Positions 39,818 through 52,100 of a stretch of DNA of 64,000 bases are shown here, piece after piece. The translations under genes were made by a program, and so were the position numbers. This stretch comes from Armatimonadota bacterium. GTDB lineage: Bacteria > Armatimonadota > HRBIN16. Position 1 is the first letter of the stretch; the number at the start of each line of letters is the position of its first letter. Location of the stretch: positions 3,200,001-3,264,000 of the forward strand of contig OY781964.1 in NCBI GenBank assembly GCA_963677485.1. Reading direction: 5' to 3'. The notes beneath the pieces were generated by a model. That model made no database searches, was not told the origin of the DNA, and saw only the letters and a list, made by a program, of their open reading frames with translations.

Positions 39818-42274
39818 ATGAACCGTATCCAAACGATCCTGGCTGTTAGCCTGATTTTCACGGGGCTGAGCCCGGTGGCCTTTTCGCAATCACCGCAGAC
39901 CGCAAACGCAGACAACTATGCAGCGATCACTAAGCTGGGTAGGGGATTCATTATCTGGGAATCCAACCGAACAGGCGCCTGGCGTTTATGGCGCATCGGG
40001 CTAGATGGTCAGGAACTCAAGCAGATCAGCCCGGATGAACCGGGCCGCGACCATTTCTGCCCTCATATATCTCCAAACGGACGCCGGGTAGTCTACCTCA
40101 GCTATCCTAAGGGCATCAGCGGGTATCATGAACATCAAGCCGACCAACCGGCGGCAATGCATTTGATGAACGTGGACGGCACTGGCGACCGCGTGATCCT
40201 GCCCAGTGCTCGCGCCTATTGCGAAGACCGTGCGGTGGTCTGGGTGGATGATGACAGGTTTCACTACATCGACGGCCAGGGAATCAGCCGCGAATACAGC
40301 ATTTCTAGCCAGCGAAACCATCCCCTCACAAAACAGATGAAGGTGGGATATGGATGGCTGGTCAACGCCACCAGCACTTACGCTATCACGGGAGACCCCG
40401 CTTTTTGCCCGTATAACCCGGTGACTCAGAAGATATCCGTGGCGAAAGAGCAGTATGGTTGTCAGCCGTATTTCACCGCCGACGGCAAGTGGGGGTTCTG
40501 GATGGGCGGCAACGGCGGGCCTGTTGATAAGATCAACCTGGCCACTGGGAAGGTCTCACGCATCTTCAGATCTCGTGATAATTGCATGCCGAAAGAACGC
40601 AACTATATCTATTTCCCGATGATCAGCCGCAACAACAGGCTGATCGCCTTTGCCGCTTCGCCACGACATCACGATCACTTCAAATCGGACTATGATATCT
40701 TCGTGGCGCGCATGGACCCCGCCACGCTGGAGGTGGTGGGCACCCCGGTGCGCTACAGCTTCGATCCCGGCTGCGACCGGTACCCGGATGTTTACGTCTC
40801 TGACCTGCAGTTGGGCAGTCACCAGGGCGAGGCCCCGTATACGGTGCAGTTCAAAGCGCCGGCAGATGCTAGCACCGCCAACTGGAGATTTGGTGATGGC
40901 GGCACGGGCAAGGGGGCGGTGGTCGAGCATACCTACCGTAAGGCGGGTTCATACACGGTGGAGGTATCGGGTGCAGACCGGAGTTACACCGGTGAGGTCA
41001 ACGTGCAGGCAGCCACCATCCCTTCTGTTGTTTCGACATCATTACGAGGTGACCGAAGCGTGGTAGTCACATATGACGAACCGGTGGCGATTACCGGAGC
41101 GGTTTTTACGCTCAATGACAAGTTAACAGCGAAAGAAGTGGTGCTCTCCAGCGATGGTCTGAGTGTGATCCTCAGATTTGACCAGTCGTTGCCGATCGAC
41201 GCCGAACTGCGCATCGAAGGGGTAACCGATCGTGCGCAGGTGCCCAACATCATGCCTACCCGGCAAATTACCATACCACCACATATCTGGCCTTTGGACC
41301 CTGCCTCTGCGGTACTGGTTTGGGATAACGCCAAGTCAGGCTGCACCACGGCTGACAACGCACCTTGCGAGGTGAAAGCCGTGGGAAAAGTGTTTGCAGA
41401 CCACAACTATGCGATGCAGACATCGGGAGGTTACTATCAGGTTTTGGGAGCCGACGAGGCGATCCTCAAGGGCTGTCAGTCGACCAATCAGCTTGCGGTT
41501 GAAGCGGTGATCACGACCCACAGCATCGACCAGACCGGTCTTGCCCGGACTATCAGCTTCTCCTCAGGGACATCGTCACGCAACTTCACCATCGGGCAGA
41601 AACTCAACCGGCTGATACTCAGTCTGCGCAGCTCGGATACCGGGTTGAACGGCACGGAACTGGAGCTGGCGGACATGCTGCCGAATCGCCCCATGCGCGT
41701 GATGCTGTGCTATGCTCCGGGATCACTGCAGTGCTATGTCGATGGTAAGTTGAAACTCAACACGACGGCGATCAAAGGCGACTTCCGCAACTGGAGTGCT
41801 CAGAACTTGCTTCTAGGAAGTGAGTCTGGCGGTAGTCTTCCGTGGCAGGGCACCGTGAACGGGGTGGCAATCTATAATCGAAGTTTTAAGGCAAACGAAG
41901 CGGCACAGAGTTATGATAGCTATCTGGCATTACATCCCAGCAAGGACGTTGGTGTGGTGAGGTTGAAAGCCAGACTTCTCAGCAGCTCCAAAATGCCCAC
42001 TTTGAAAGAGATACTGCCGTATAGGGATGCCTTGGTTACCAGTCTGTATGAAGTGCTGTCCGTGCAGCAGGGCCAGTGTGAGGCGAAGAGGATACTGGTG
42101 GTGCAATGGGCGATTGCGGGCGGTGAGGAGCTGGGTAAGCTGCCTGAAGTGAACTCGCAGCAGACGCTGGTTCTGGAGCCATACGCCGACAACCCACAGT
42201 TGGAGGGCATTTATATGTCCGACACGCTGGACGCCGCCCCCGAGATCCCGCTGTACTTCTCACCGAGATTGTAG
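39818..42274 (+). CDS. Secreted TolB-like propeller + PKD + LamG-like protein, paralog 2
   Basis: Collinear with paralog 1 over its full length; GGAGG RBS. Confidence 0.75.
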   Translation: MNRIQTILAVSLIFTGLSPVAFSQSPQTANADNYAAITKLGRGFIIWESNRTGAWRLWRIGLDGQELKQISPDEPGRDHFCPHISPNGRRVVYLSYPKGISGYHEHQADQPAAMHLMNVDGTGDRVILPSARAYCEDRAVVWVDDDRFHYIDGQGISREYSISSQRNHPLTKQMKVGYGWLVNATSTYAITGDPAFCPYNPVTQKISVAKEQYGCQPYFTADGKWGFWMGGNGGPVDKINLATGKVSRIFRSRDNCMPKERNYIYFPMISRNNRLIAFAASPRHHDHFKSDYDIFVARMDPATLEVVGTPVRYSFDPGCDRYPDVYVSDLQLGSHQGEAPYTVQFKAPADASTANWRFGDGGTGKGAVVEHTYRKAGSYTVEVSGADRSYTGEVNVQAATIPSVVSTSLRGDRSVVVTYDEPVAITGAVFTLNDKLTAKEVVLSSDGLSVILRFDQSLPIDAELRIEGVTDRAQVPNIMPTRQITIPPHIWPLDPASAVLVWDNAKSGCTTADNAPCEVKAVGKVFADHNYAMQTSGGYYQVLGADEAILKGCQSTNQLAVEAVITTHSIDQTGLARTISFSSGTSSRNFTIGQKLNRLILSLRSSDTGLNGTELELADMLPNRPMRVMLCYAPGSLQCYVDGKLKLNTTAIKGDFRNWSAQNLLLGSESGGSLPWQGTVNGVAIYNRSFKANEAAQSYDSYLALHPSKDVGVVRLKARLLSSSKMPTLKEILPYRDALVTSLYEVLSVQQGQCEAKRILVVQWAIAGGEELGKLPEVNSQQTLVLEPYADNPQLEGIYMSDTLDAAPEIPLYFSPRL

Positions 42275-42422
42275 GGCGGATTTATAGTATACGGGATTCA
42301 TCTCACGCGAAGGCGCGAAAGGTTCACAACGCAAAGGCTCAAAGGACGCAGTGGACGCAGAGTTGAGCGATGGCAGGCCATCCGCATTGTCCGTGGTTCA
42401 GACTGACCCCCGCCTGATGCCG

Positions 42423-42473
42423 ACAACGCTACAAGCCCAGCTCCTTGCGAAGGAAGTCCGGGCGGTTGGTGGT
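42423..42473 (-). repeat. Displaced copy of the last 14 codons and stop of the glycerophosphodiester phosphodiesterase gene
   Basis: 47/51 identical to 47921-47971; both encode TTNRPDFLRKELGL*. Confidence 0.8.
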
Positions 42474-42666
42474 AGTCGATGCCTCGCCGAAATCTTTAAA
42501 AGCTATCCCCCCTCTGCGGCGTTATTAGATGTTTATATGTACACCAATTATAGAAAATAGGTAAATATACTACAAAACAGCTTATCATTATGCAACAATT
42601 CCATCACTTAAGGGTACAATCATGAAAATGCAGCGCTCTCATCAACTCACACCCTGAGGTCATGAA

Positions 42667-45600
42667 ATGAAACACCTTCGATGGACGGCCCACTTCACCG
42701 CACTACTGTGTTCACTATGTATATCACTCATCGCTTCGTGTATCCCCTGCTTCGCCCAGGGTGGCACCCTTGAAGTATGGGGCAGCCAACGACAGGTGCC
42801 CGGTGCATTGACCGGATTGACCAAGATATCTGCGGGATATTCCCATACGCTTGGGCTGAAGTCTGATGGCTCCATCGTTGCATGGGGGCTGAATATATTA
42901 GGCCAGTGCAATGTGCCGGCACCTAATCAAGATTTCGTGGACGTTGCAGCAGGTCGCGACCACTCCGCTGGGCTTAAGCGTGACGGCACTGTCGTCTGCT
43001 GGGGTGATAACAGTAGCGGGCTGTGCAACGTACCCTCTCCTAACCAGGACTTTATCGCACTCAGTGCTGGAGAGAGCTACTCCACTGGTTTAAAACGTGA
43101 CGGCTCTATTGTTATATGGGGACGCATAGACAGTTTGTCTGTGCCTGCGCCTAACGAGAACTTCATTGCGGTCACAGCAGGATCAGGCCACATCGTCGCT
43201 CTAAAGCGAGATGGATCCATAATAGCCTGGGGAAGTAACTATTACGGCCAGTGCAATGTACCTTCACCCAACCAGGATTTCACCGCCGTTGCGGCCGGAG
43301 AAAGGCACACCGTGGGACTGATGATCGATGGTTCGGTCGTCTGCTGGGGACGGAACGATAATGGCCAGTGTAATGTGCCGACACCCAATCAAGACTTCGT
43401 TGCCATCAGCGCTGGTGGCTACCACACCGTCGGGGTGAAGCGTGACGGCTCTGTAGTAGCCTGGGGTAGCAACGGAAATGGCGAGTGTAATGCGCCTGCA
43501 CCCAACCAGGATTTCATCGCCGTTGCAGCGGGAGAAAACTACACCGTGGGACTGAAGCGTGATGGCTCGGTCGTCTGCTGGGGCTACAACGGCTATGGCC
43601 AGTGCGGAGTACCTGCAACTAATCAGGACTTCACCTCCGTCTCAGCGGGAGAGACCTACACCATCGCACTCAAACGCGACGGCACCACAGTGGCTTGGGG
43701 TGTGGGTATGTATAACATAATTGGATTGCCATCCCCCAATCAAGACTTCATCGCAGTCTCCGCAGGATATCAACACGCGGCATGGTTGAAACGTGATGGC
43801 TCTGCAGTCTCATGGGCCAACGGGACTTACCTGACCGTGCCTCTACCCAACCAGGATTTCAAGGCGGTCGCAGCAGGATCTGGCTATGATATTGGTTTGA
43901 AGCAGGACGGTTCTATCGTCGCCTGGGGTGGTAATACCAGTGGTCAGTGCGATGTGCCTTCACCCAACCAGGATTTCATTGCCATCTCAGCGGGACAGGG
44001 CCACGCCTTGGGGCTCAAGCGGGATGGCAGCCTGGTAGCTTGGGGTATGAATGATTACGGACAATGCAATGTGCCTTCTCCCAACCAGGACTTTGTTGGT
44101 ATGGCAGCAGGATTCAGATTTACGGTAGGACTCAAACGGAACGGTTCCGTGGTCTGCTGGGGTCTAAACGACTATGGCCAGTGCAGTGTGCCTTCGCCTA
44201 ACCAGGACTTTACCACGGTTTCAGCAAAATACGACTATGTACTAGGACTGAAGCGAGACGGTTCTGTGGTCGCTTGGGGTAATAACAACGATGGCCAATG
44301 CAATTTACCTGAGCCGAACAGCGGGATCATAACCATCTCCGCTGGATATAGACATTCTGTGATTATTCGCGGTGTTCCTGTACCCACCATCTCCTCCTTC
44401 ACACCAGCCAGCGGCGAGGCGGGCGATAGCGTGACGATCACGGGCACGAATTTCACCGGTGCGACCGCCGTGGCATTGAATGGCAGCACCGCGGCCTACA
44501 CCGTCGTGAGTGCGACCTCCATCACCACCACAGTGCCTGTTGGTGCTACCACTGGCAAGATAGCGGTCACCACACCGGGAGGCACCGCCACGAGCGCGAG
44601 CGACTTCACAGTCTACCAGGCACCCACGATTAGCTCCTTCACGCCAGCTAGCGGCAAGGCAGGCGATGGCGTCACCATCACGGGAACAAACTTCACCGGC
44701 GCTACAGCCGTGACATTCAACGGCACCACGTCGGTCTACGCCGTCGTGAGTGCCACATCCATCTCCGCCACGGTGCCTGCAGGCGCGACGACAGGAAGGA
44801 TAGCAGTCACTACACCGGGAGGCACCGCCACGAGCCCGAGCGACTTCACGGTCAATCAGGCACCCACCATTTCCTCCTTCACTCCCACAGCCGGCAAGGC
44901 GGGGGATGGTGTCACGATCACTGGCACGAACTTCACCGGTGCCTCCGCGGTGACATTCAATGGCACCGCCGCGGTCTACACCGTAGTGAGCGCCACCTCC
45001 ATCACCGCCACGGTACCTGTTGGTGCTACCACCGGCAAGATTGCGGTCACCACGCCTGGCGGTATAGCCACCAGTGCGAGTGACTTCACCGTGTATCAAG
45101 CGCCCACCATTAGCTCGTTCACGCCTGAAAGCGGCAAGGCGGGCGATGGTGTCACCATCACGGGTACGAACTTCACAGGCGCCACAGCGGTAACTTTTAA
45201 CGGCACCACCGCGGTCTACACCGTGGTGAGCGCCACCTCCATCACCGCTACGGTGCCCGCAGGCGCGACCACCGGTAAGATAGCGGTTACTACACCGGGT
45301 GGCTCCGCCACCAGTGCGAGCGACTTCACGGTGTATCAAGCGCCAACGATCAGCTCCTTTACGCCAGCTAGCGGCAAGGCAGGCGATGGCGTCACCATCA
45401 CGGGAACAAACTTCACCGGCGCGACTGCCGTGACTTTCAACGGCAGCACCGCTGTCTACACTGTCGTGAGTGCCACCTCCATCACCGCTACGGTGCCCGC
45501 AGGCGCCACGACTGGCAGAATAGCGGTCACCACGCCTGGCGGCACAGCCACCAACGCGAGCGAATTCACAGTCTACCAGGCACCCACGATCTCCTCCTTC

Positions 45601-47847
45601 ACGCCTACAAGCGGCAAGGCAGGCGATGGCATTACCATCACTGGCACGAACTTCACCGGTGCCACTGCCGTGGCGTTTAACGGCAGCACCGCGGTCTACA
45701 CCGTAGTGAGCGCTACCTCCATCACAGCTACGGTGCCTTTAGGGGCGACGACCGGCAGGATAGCGGTTACCACGCCGGTCAGCACAGCAAACAGTGCCAT
45801 TGACTTCACGGTCACTACACCCATTATCAAGAGCGGAACCGTCGAATCATGGGGTATCCTGCGCATTCCGGCTGGTGAACTTAACGGCTTCAGCTCCGTG
45901 GATGCGGGTGATTACCACTCAGTCGGGCTCAAGTCTGATGGTTCTGTAGTCTGTTGGGGATACAACTACATAGGCCAATGTAATGTGCCGGCCCCTAACT
46001 CTAACTTCAGTGCTGTCACCGCAGGTTACGACCACACTGTGGGGCTAAAAAGCAACGGCTTAATAGTCTGTTGGGGAAACAATGACAAAGGTCAATGTAA
46101 CGTGCCATTGCCTAACCAGGACTTTACCGATGTATCAGCAGGGCTCTACCACAACATCGGTTTAAAGCGAGACGGATCAGTGGTTTGTTGGGGCGATCTT
46201 AATGCCCAACCGGAAGTGAACCAGGATTTTGTGGATGTCACAGCCGGCGAATACTTCAATGTGGGGTTGAAGCGTGACGGATCTGTGGTTTGCTGGGGAA
46301 ACCTGGCATATGGCATCGACAACATCCCGTTACCTAACAAAGATTTCATTGCCATCGCCGCGGGAGGCTACCATGCCTTAGGTCTTAAGCGTGATGGCAC
46401 AATAGTGTGCTGGGGATACAATGTGCAAAAACAGTGTGATATCCCAGGGCCTAACCAGGACTTCGTGGCGGTGGCGGCAGGCACTTACCATTCGATGGGA
46501 ATCAAGCGCGATGGAACGATTGTCAGTTGGGGCCGAAATGACACTGGTCAGTGCAACATTCAAAGTCCCAACCAGGATTTTGCCAGCATAGCAGGTGGGT
46601 TAGGGCACTCCATCGGTCTCAAACGAGATGGCTCCGTCGTCTGCTGGGGAGACAATCAAGTCAGCCAATGCAGCATGGCCTCTTCAAACAGCGATTTCGT
46701 CGCCGTGAAAGCCGGAGGGCAGCATGGAGTCGGGTTGAAATCCGATAGTTCCGTGGTCTGCTGGGGCTATAACTACTTTGGCCAATGCAACGTTCCCTTA
46801 CCGAATTCGGAATATACTGCCGCCGATGCTGAAGCTAACAACACGGTGCTGCTGAAGAGTGACGGATCTGTTCGTTGCTTGGGACGTATAAGCGATCCCT
46901 ACACTAATCAGGGCTTCACCGCCATCGCCGCAGGATCGCGTTGGTGGAGTGGGCTGAAAAGCGACGGATCGATAGAGGTGTATGGAGGCCCATTTGCACC
47001 TTCTGCTCCCTATAACTGGATGAACATCGACTTTGTGGCAATAGCCGGTGGGTATGATCAACTCATTGGACTAAAGAAGGACGGTTCTGTATTGTGCATG
47101 CAAGAGAATTATCAACCTTCAACACCTGAAAACAACCAAGACTTCGTGGCTGTGGCCTCAGGAGCTAGCCACTTTTTAGGGTTGAAGCGTGATGGCTCAG
47201 TGGTCTGTTGGGGACGTCAAAGTGCTGATGTCCTGACTATACCTGAACCCAATACAGGTTTTGTTGCCATCTCTGGTGGAGCAAATCACAGTATCGGTCT
47301 GAAGAGTGATGGTTCCGTGGTCTGCTGGGGCAAAAATGACTACGGCCAATGCAACATTCCTGAACCTAACAGTGGTTTCACGGCTATCTCGGCGGGAGAC
47401 AACTTCACCCTTGCAGTCTGAGGTGTTCAGCCGATTTCTGGGCAAGTGCAACTGGGTAGCTTCTACGGTAGTCTACCCGCGCAACAGCTTGCGGTGTCGG
47501 TCAGTAATCACCAAAATCCATCAATCACCCATTGCCTGAGCTTGCTGCCGCAGTCTGATGGCCGCTTCTCGCTATCTACCTACCTGCAGCCGCCGTATGA
47601 CCTTCGCGTGAGTAGCCCCCACTTCCTCACGGCAAAAGCGATGAATGTGGTCATTGGGCAAAACTCGAACTTCGCGTTAACCAATGGTGATGCGGATGGC
47701 GATAACCAGATCAACCTGTTCGACTTCGTGGTGCTCGATCAGCACTTTGGCTCATCAGACATGATGGCAGACCTGAACGGCGATGGGCAGGTGAACCTGT
47801 TCGACTACGTAGTCATCGACCAGAACTTCGGAGCACAGGGAGACTAA
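42667..47847 (+). pseudogene. Large secreted RCC1-repeat / 6x IPT-TIG / RCC1-repeat protein; its C-terminal dockerin-like domain is cut off by an in-frame TGA at 47419-47421. The 1584-aa product may still be made.
   Basis: Reads NFTLAV*GVQPISGQVQLG in frame into the 47446-47847 ORF. The paralog reads TVGIRGVQSIDGKLQLG at this point. Confidence 0.8.
44383..45815 (+). repeat. Six tandem 240-bp (80-aa) IPT/TIG domain repeats
   Basis: PTISSFTP.SG..GD.VTITGTNFTGATAV.FNG...repeats every 240 bp. Confidence 0.9.
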
Positions 47848-47859
47848 GGCAGGCCAGAC

Positions 47860-47889
47860 GATAGGGGCGAGTAGCCATTCGCCCCTATC
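47860..47889. terminator. Hairpin between convergent genes (family A-like arms)
   Basis: gataggggcga...tcgcccctatc. Confidence 0.55.
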
Positions 47890-47926
47890 AGTTGATTATG
47901 TTGGGCCTATCCCACCATCAACAACG

Positions 47927-48721
47927 CTACAGACCCAGCTCCTTGCGCAGGAAGTCTGGGCGGTTGGTGGTGATGCCCGCCACGCCAAATGAAGCCAGGC
48001 GCTTTGCTTCCGCGGCGTCATCCACCGTCCAAACATAAAGCTTCATGCCTGCGGCCTTGACTGCGTCTGCTAGGGTTTGGTCGACGCCGCCGAAGTGCAG
48101 GTCCAGACCATCCAGTTTTCGCTCTTTGGCCATCTCAATCAGCTTGGGCCCGTATGGGGTCGCCGGGTTGTTGGATGCCAGCCAGTAAGCCGGTATTTCG
48201 GGCATGACCTTTTTGCAGGCGGTCATGACGTCCAAGTTGAAGCCGATGATGCGCATCTGTTTGGCCTTTCGGCTTAGCTTGATCGCCTGTCGCAGGGCAG
48301 GCAGCACTTCGGCTCCGCATTTAATCTCGATGTAAAGCTTGCCGCCACGGGGCACTTCCTTTAATATCTCCTCAAAAAACGGAATACGCTCATTGGCGTA
48401 TTTCGCGCCTTTCCATGATCCGGCATCCAGCTCACGAAGCAACATCGAATTGGTTTTGCTGAACTCGAAGTTGACGCCGGTGGTCCTGGCTGTGCTGCCG
48501 TCGTGCATCACCATGATCCGGCCGTCGTTGGTCAGGTAGATATCCAGCTCCACAGCATCGGCCTTTTGCTTCCAGGCTAGTTTGTTGGAAGCCACTGTGT
48601 TTTCAGGCGCTTCATAGGATGAGCCGCGGTGGGCGATGATCTCCATCGGCTCGGATGCGGACCCAATCACCGGAAACAGTCCGATCAGCAATGCGGTGAG
48701 GAGCATTATAAGCAGGTTCAT
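47927..48721 (-). CDS. Secreted glycerophosphodiester phosphodiesterase
   Basis: IIAHRG, APENT, ELDI..T.DG...VMHD, IEIK, YVWTVD, GITTNRP; signal peptide. Confidence 0.92.
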   Translation of the reverse strand: MNLLIMLLTALLIGLFPVIGSASEPMEIIAHRGSSYEAPENTVASNKLAWKQKADAVELDIYLTNDGRIMVMHDGSTARTTGVNFEFSKTNSMLLRELDAGSWKGAKYANERIPFFEEILKEVPRGGKLYIEIKCGAEVLPALRQAIKLSRKAKQMRIIGFNLDVMTACKKVMPEIPAYWLASNNPATPYGPKLIEMAKERKLDGLDLHFGGVDQTLADAVKAAGMKLYVWTVDDAAEAKRLASFGVAGITTNRPDFLRKELGL

Positions 48722-49116
48722 GTCAATCTCCTTTGAATATCACATATATCGATGCAACCGTAATATGCACCTTAAGCCTCATTATACACCTCATAAACGA
48801 AACTGCTCAACCATGAACGATATGAGGCGCGATGTTCCGTTGCCAGTGGATGCCAGGGCCGGTTAGCTCATATCTCACGGTGGCCTTCCGCGTCCGCCCG
48901 CCGGAACGCGGGCCGGTAATGATCAGCGACGGGTGACAGTGCCCGTACCGGGACGCAGTCACGGACGGGCCACCGAACCCGTCGCCAAGGGCCAGGGGCG
49001 TGGATCGCAGGTGGTCAGCCACCCTGTTGCGGGAGTTGAGCATTACCTCCACACTCGCAATTCGCGCATAATCGGTCAAGATATAAGAGTGAGATCACTA
49101 CCTTGGGGGCACCATT

Positions 49117-52100
49117 TTGCGTAAACTACCGGCAATCCTAGTCATACTTCTTGCCTTTATGTGTATCAACACAGCTCATGCTCAGCAGATCATTCCGTTG
49201 CAGGCGGAGGGGATGCCGGCTTCATGGGTCTTTGGGAACGGCGGGGAGTTTCCGGGTGCCAAAGGCGGTCTGAAGCACGATAGCCGCACGGTGACCCTCG
49301 ACTACGACTTCACCGGCGGCGGAGCGTATGTCTGCGCGAACTACAACGGCATCACACCACCTCAGACCGAGTCATTCAGCATCTCCGTAAACCCAGAGCA
49401 GCGTTGCCACATGAGTTACCGTACCACAGACACCAATGGCCGCGTGTTTCAGGGGGCGACCAGCACACTGGAGGCCAACCAGCCGCAGACCATCACGATG
49501 CCATGCCGCGGGAGCTGGCAATCGGCCTGGGGCGGAGCGAAGCCAACCGATCAACCTGAACAGCCTTTTCAGATTCTGTGGATACTGGCTTACAACGAGC
49601 CAGGCATGTCCAAGACGGGCCGTGTGGTGTTGAGTGAGCTCAAGGCCATCAGCACGGCTGTGGAGCCAGTCGAGATGCTGGGAGCCAAGCGACCTACCTC
49701 ACCTTTCGGTAGTGCAAAGCTTGAGCTGTTGAAAGACAATTGGTGTGTATTCCCGAAGGAGCGTAAGCTTGGTCGCAACCGCGTGCTGATGGGATACAAC
49801 GAGCCCGGCGAGGCGGAGAACGACGCGCGTGACCTGCGCATCATCTCACCCCAAGGCGAGACCATCACCGGGATGTGGGGGCGGATTCAAGTGACCGGCG
49901 AACCTGAGTATGTCACACCGACGGACTTCCCGATCCAGTCACGCGAGCAGCAGGAGCACCTGATCTGGCAGTGGACACAACTCGACCAGCGGTTGGGATT
50001 CCAACAGATGGTTCATACGGATGTGAGCGAGGGTGGCGTGAACTCCACCATCTATGTGCGCTTTCTGAAGCCACACAAGGGCACCATCCGGATGCCGTTC
50101 GCGCTGCCGAATGGGCAGGTCGATATGCTGGCGGGTGCTGGGAGTGCTCAGAACCCGTATACCAAGGTGCTGTTTCCTTCGCAGGTCAGCCGTCTGGACT
50201 ATCAAGGGGTCGATGGGGTCATCAGCACGCATATCGTCTGCGCCAACCCGAGCGGAGTGAGCCTGAGCATCGAACCTAAGCTGTTTTCACATGTCTTCCG
50301 CAGGGAGCTTCGGATGGCGGTTCTGGAGCTGACGCCGCCAACGAACGGCGTGTTCCCCGCGGGATACGTAAACGCCGTGCAACTGAGGGTGGGCTATCCT
50401 GCGGAAACTCCGCTGCCGAAGCAGATCGCCGCGCCGAACTGGCCGGATCGCATCGATGTCGCCTTCATGGAGCGGGATAATGCCAAAGGCTGGACTCTGG
50501 CCCGCGTGAATCAGCCGCGTGTTTACACGCCCGGCGAAGTGAAGCAGCTGGGGGTTTCACTCTACCAGGCTGGTCAGAACACTCGGAAGCTCACATTGAA
50601 GGCTGAACTGCGGGACTACACCAACCGGCTGGTGTGGCATTCTGATGATGTGCTGTCGCTGATGGCACGGACGCCCACCCAGCGGGTTTTGAAGCTGCCG
50701 GTGAAAGCCAAGGGCATTTACAGCCTGAGTGTGAAGGTATTGGAAGCTGGCAGTGTGCATGGCGAAAGATTGTGCCGCATCGCCGTGGTGCCCAAACCAG
50801 CCGTCATCACCGCGGAGAAGAGTTACTTCGGCATCGACCCCGTGTTCTACGAGGGCTCTGACGAGAATATCCGCTTCCTGCGCAAGATCGGTGTGCGTTG
50901 GCTGAGACTGGGCGGCGGTGTATGGTATCCGGCTGAGGGCGACCGGGCGTTTCTGACCAAGCTGCGACAGTATGACATCGGCTCCTTCCTGCTCATCAAT
51001 AGCCCGGAGGAGGTCAGGCCCGCCAGTTACAATGACTTGATCGACTACTACGAAATCGGGAATGAGCCTGATGCCTGGATTACCCCCGAAGACTACGCGG
51101 GCCTCGCGGCCAGAGTGGCTGAGAAGATTCGTCAGGTCAACCCCAAAACCAAAATACTCGCCTGCTCCGTGTCTGGCGGTGACAGCGACGGCGGATTCGC
51201 GTTCACCAAGCGGTTGCTGGCAGCCGGCGGGGCGAAGTCATGCGAGATCATCCCGTTCCATCCCTATGCGGGCATACGCGCGTTCGGGCCTGAGCTGGAA
51301 CCGGTCAGCCCTGAAGATAACTCGATGTATGAGAAGTTGATGGAGGCCAGCCAGCTCACCAAGCAACAAAACCTCGAAATATGGCTGGGCGAGATCGGCT
51401 ACCTGATGGTCAATGGATACCGGCAGCCGCGGGCCAGCTTCCACGAATACGAGAAGAGCTTCGCCAACACCTTGACAAGGCTGATGCTGATCAGCCGCAC
51501 CAGCCCCGGGATGAAGCGGGTGATCTGGTTCCACCTGTGCTCCGATGACACCCCGCTGCGGCTGTATCCCACTTACCAGTCGACCTACGACAACCTGGGG
51601 CCCAACAACAATATCACTCCCAATCTGGCGGCCTATGCCAATCTGGCCAGCTTGACCGACGGCGGTCAGTTTGTCCGCAAACTGAAGCTCACCAACCCGA
51701 AACTCTGGGGCGTGCAGATCCGGCAGGGGACCCGCGACGTGCTCGCCTTGTGGAGCTCGAAAGGGCAGATCAAGCTCAACTGGCCCGGCAAAGAGGATAT
51801 CCACACCGTCTCGATGGTGGGGACAGATGGTCTGCTCAAACCGCAGCGCGGGCAGATGAACCTCACACTCAGCGAAGAGCCGGTCTACCTGCTTGTGCCC
51901 AGCAGCAAGGCCGCGGGATTGGTTAAGTCGATCGAATCAGCCACTCTGAGTGTGCTCAAACCCGTCGTCGCCGGTATGGCTAACGCCAAATCATCGGCCA
52001 ACCTGAAGCCGGATATTATCGCGACACGCGCCTCCAAACCGCCGGTCATCGATGGTGAGTTAGGTGAATGGGGCAATGCGAGTTCGGTGGTACTCGACCG

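Noticed and set aside
47419-47421. Selenocysteine or alternative genetic code at the in-frame TGA
   Set aside because: The homologous residue is Arg, so CGA>TGA is the simplest explanation. Other genes here end normally at TGA, and I cannot identify a SECIS.
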